A stretch of 63,812 bases of DNA, the filler included, from Hausera hauseri (Eukaryota): NCBI GenBank assembly GCA_046269625.1. It is 11 parts of 11 records of this genome, joined end to end, with 100 filler letters (N's around TTAATTAATTAA, not from the genome) between each part and the next. Parts side by side here need not be neighbours in the genome. Positions count along the whole stretch, not along the records: positions 60,076 to 63,812 come from JBJURY010839747.1; 10 more parts are not named here. The stretch is one strand, 5' to 3'. Within the stretch, counting starts at the first letter, position 1, and each line of letters starts with the position of its first letter. A program made the translations under genes and the position numbers. The notes under the pieces were generated by a model, which was given only the letters and a program-made list of their open reading frames with translations, made no database searches and was not told where the DNA came from. This document shows positions 61,040-63,812 of the stretch, piece by piece.

Positions 61040-63812
61040 TACGCCCAATTTTTATTCCGCATTACCCACATATGTTTATCATCATTGCATGATAAAGCGA
61101 CGTTTGAATATAATACCGTATAGAGCTGGTGCTCAATCGATCGGGTGATCGTTTGTGACACAAAGGCCTTTGATTGTCCTCCTCCGTCTCCTCATTCTTC
61201 ATAGACACGGCGATAATCACCGTGGTCGATTTCCGTCTGGGCCAGCTGAACGCCTTTTGTGAGCATTTTTTGGTCTACATTCCGTCAGGAGACTGTAGCA
61301 CCTTGGGCGTAGGAATACTTATTCTCGGTACTGAACACGGCCTTCGCTTTTATCCTTGAAGCAGTCGATTTTGTTCGAGATGGCGCTGCTATACAGCGGA
61401 TGATTCTGCAGGTAATTGGACCTGTCCAGTAATCCATTTGCCATCATTTACCGCAGCATCTGGTCGCGATTGACGTTTTTCAGCTGAAGTAAAAAGCTGC
61501 CTCTGTTCTCATCTCACAGCCGTCGAATATTTGCCGGTTACGTGCCAAGCCGCAATACTGGAGCTCGTATATTCGCAACTTATTCAGGTCCAGTACCACT
61601 TGTCCGATGTAGCTCGGTCGGTCCAGTATGACTTCTTCCCTGTTTAACAGCACGGCAATCAATCCATTGGCAATGTGCATTGACCGCCTGGACTGAGCCT
61701 TACTGGTGTACATAACCATCCGCTTTTTGTTGTTACATAGGCGCACATTGAGTCGCTTTTTGAGGTTCTCTACTGTTTTGCCGCAGAGAGAATTATTTTT
61801 CAACTTGCAGTAATCTTTTTCGAACTTTGTACAAGCTGCGGCTCGTTTTTCTGAATTTCCGTCAATGTATGCATTAAATATCGGCTGATTGAATTTGATT
61901 GCGCGATGCATCTGTGTGACGCGTACATCGAGCTGCATGTAAAACTGCAGTAGACGCCAATGAATCACGTAATTCGATTTGGTTTCATGCGTCATGAGCA
62001 GTTTCTTTACTTTTGATTTGGGTAGACATTGGCTCATTGGTACTACGGGTAATTCGTCCAGAGCGTCATGCACTTCATCTGGTACCAAAAGATCGACTTC
62101 CATTAGGTAGCTGACTGAGCTGCTTTCTGTCGTGTTTGCTGCTGGCAGACTGTCCAGCAATGTATTCAATTCTTGTTTGTCCATCATCCATTCAAATGAA
62201 CCGTACGAAAGGGTTGCGAAAGCGCTTAGCCGTACAGGTTATTAATATCGTTGTACAACATTGAAGTTGTTTCATAGTTATCACTGGTTACGTGATGCTT
62301 GTTGACAAATGTCATGCCGCTGCGAATACCAACATCAAACTCCCGGTACATTTCCGGGTTTTGCAGCAGCTCAATTGCCCTGTCCAGCGACATTCGTTCC
62401 GATGTCCAACTCATCCCCGGTATGGAGTAAAATTTTAGCGGCTCCAACCTATCTTCCTCCAACGCCTTAGCAGGAAATATCTGAAACACATCGGCTAAAA
62501 AGTATACGTCCAGTTTCAGGTACTGGAGCATGTACTCCAACATGTTTCTGCAGACGAGCTTTGTCTAAGCTCCCTGTGTTCTGTGGTACTCGTCCTCTGT
62601 GATTCCGACCCATTGTTGCGGCAATTTATCTGTTGTCTGAAGCCACTCGTACGACACAGCAACATCATATGGAAATATGCCTTTTCTGCGTGCAATATGC
62701 GCAGGGAACTGCGTGAGCGTTATCAGCACATCCGGCAATGCATTTACCAGCTTTCCTAGAGACTCATTGAGGAACTGTATTAAGTCAAGAAACCGTACCT
62801 GGTACCGGTTTATGCGTGCCGATAGGGACAAGTACTTCTCCATAGTTTTTGGAATTATAGAAAGTTCTCAGTGCGTAAATCCGCTTATGGCCCATTTCAA
62901 AATATGGTGACAATTATAACCTCAAAAATTATGAAATACCACCGGTAGGAATGGCCGCATACACTCTTCCGTATTGCATGAATTACATGCTTCTCCAGGA
63001 TATCGACCGGTAAAATAGTCGTGGTCCAGTACGAGCCATTCCCGTGCATCAAACGGTAATATTTTGTAGCACAGGTAACATTCATCTGTGACTGAAAACG
63101 TCATGCGTTTATCTTCATCTGTCCACATGAAAGGTTTATTGCTATTTCCACTATACCAGGGTGCAACTTCCGTTTCTACTATTGTTTCCAACATGTGCAG
63201 GAAATAGCGTACACAGTTCCAGCCATGAAAAACGTAATATTGCGGTTGACCTGCGGCTTTTATTGGGACAACTGACATACCGACGACGATTGGAACATGT
63301 TTCTGGTCATACATGTTCTGCCGTGGTAAGATATCTTCGATGTCGACATACACTACATATGCCGGGCTGTCTGTTTTTGACCAATCAGTGAACCTCAGTT
63401 CCTGTTTGAGGGACATGACGTACATTGTGGTTCCCGAGGAATTGTGTCTGCACAGAATCACATGTTTCTCCCATGTTGTTTCCCATCTGAATTCGTGCGG
63501 AGATACGGGACACAATTTACACCGTATACGCTTTTTTATAAATTGGTCATGTTCCATGTTCAACAATCTGTCTAGATTTGTGATTGCAACGTAATGGAAT
63601 TTTTTCTTTTGCTCCAATAACAACAAATTTATTGGGTTGCCATTTGGGTTCCGACTATGGTAAATTATATTCACATGGAGATTTTTGGAAATTTCTTCAT
63701 CTGCCGGTATTTCTACGATTGTGTTGTACCGGAACACGTTGATTGCCAGTGTCGGATTACGCTATTCAAATGTCGGAATGGATTTCGGTTTCATCGGCAT
63801 ACAGCATCTATC
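61040..63812 (-). pseudogene. Polinton pPolB from a more distant family, disrupted
   Basis: FHYVAI, DHDYFTGRYPGEACNSCN, VVFHN, FLD, KGIFPYD, YLKLDV, DINNLYG, KLKNNSLCGKTVEN, KCYS, DDK. Confidence 0.92.

Overview
The window is not one locus. It is 11 unrelated eukaryotic contigs joined by an artificial 100-bp linker (44 N + TTAATTAATTAA + 44 N). Contigs: 1-12138, 12239-17225, 17326-23737, 23838-28263, 28364-32385, 32486-38457, 38558-43804, 43905-50818, 50919-55286, 55387-59975, 60076-63812. Most of the sequence is decayed mobile DNA from an AT-rich, probably invertebrate animal genome. The most notable signal is a pair of divergent Ty3/Gypsy-type LTR retroelements (contigs 1 and 3) that share an unusual layout: a ubiquitin-like domain, then an internal signal peptide, then a chuvirus-like glycoprotein. 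In contig 3 this block follows gag; in contig 1 it runs in frame into protease-RT-RNaseH-integrase. The contig 1 copy also carries a second furin-site/FN3-like membrane protein and a degenerate DEDDh exonuclease after integrase. Other content: several Polinton/Maverick pieces (three pPolB genes, a penton-core-hexon-protease module, AGTA termini, one nested self-insertion); a hAT-like DDE transposase; RTE-type LINE and SINE remnants; a structured RNA element in two contigs that resembles an HDV-like ribozyme; satellites; a damaged block of short-intron host genes (ELP5-like, NUDT21); and a kinetoplastid-like contig with an intact GP63/leishmanolysin gene. All family assignments come from motif recognition by eye. 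No database searches were run, so novelty is unverified.
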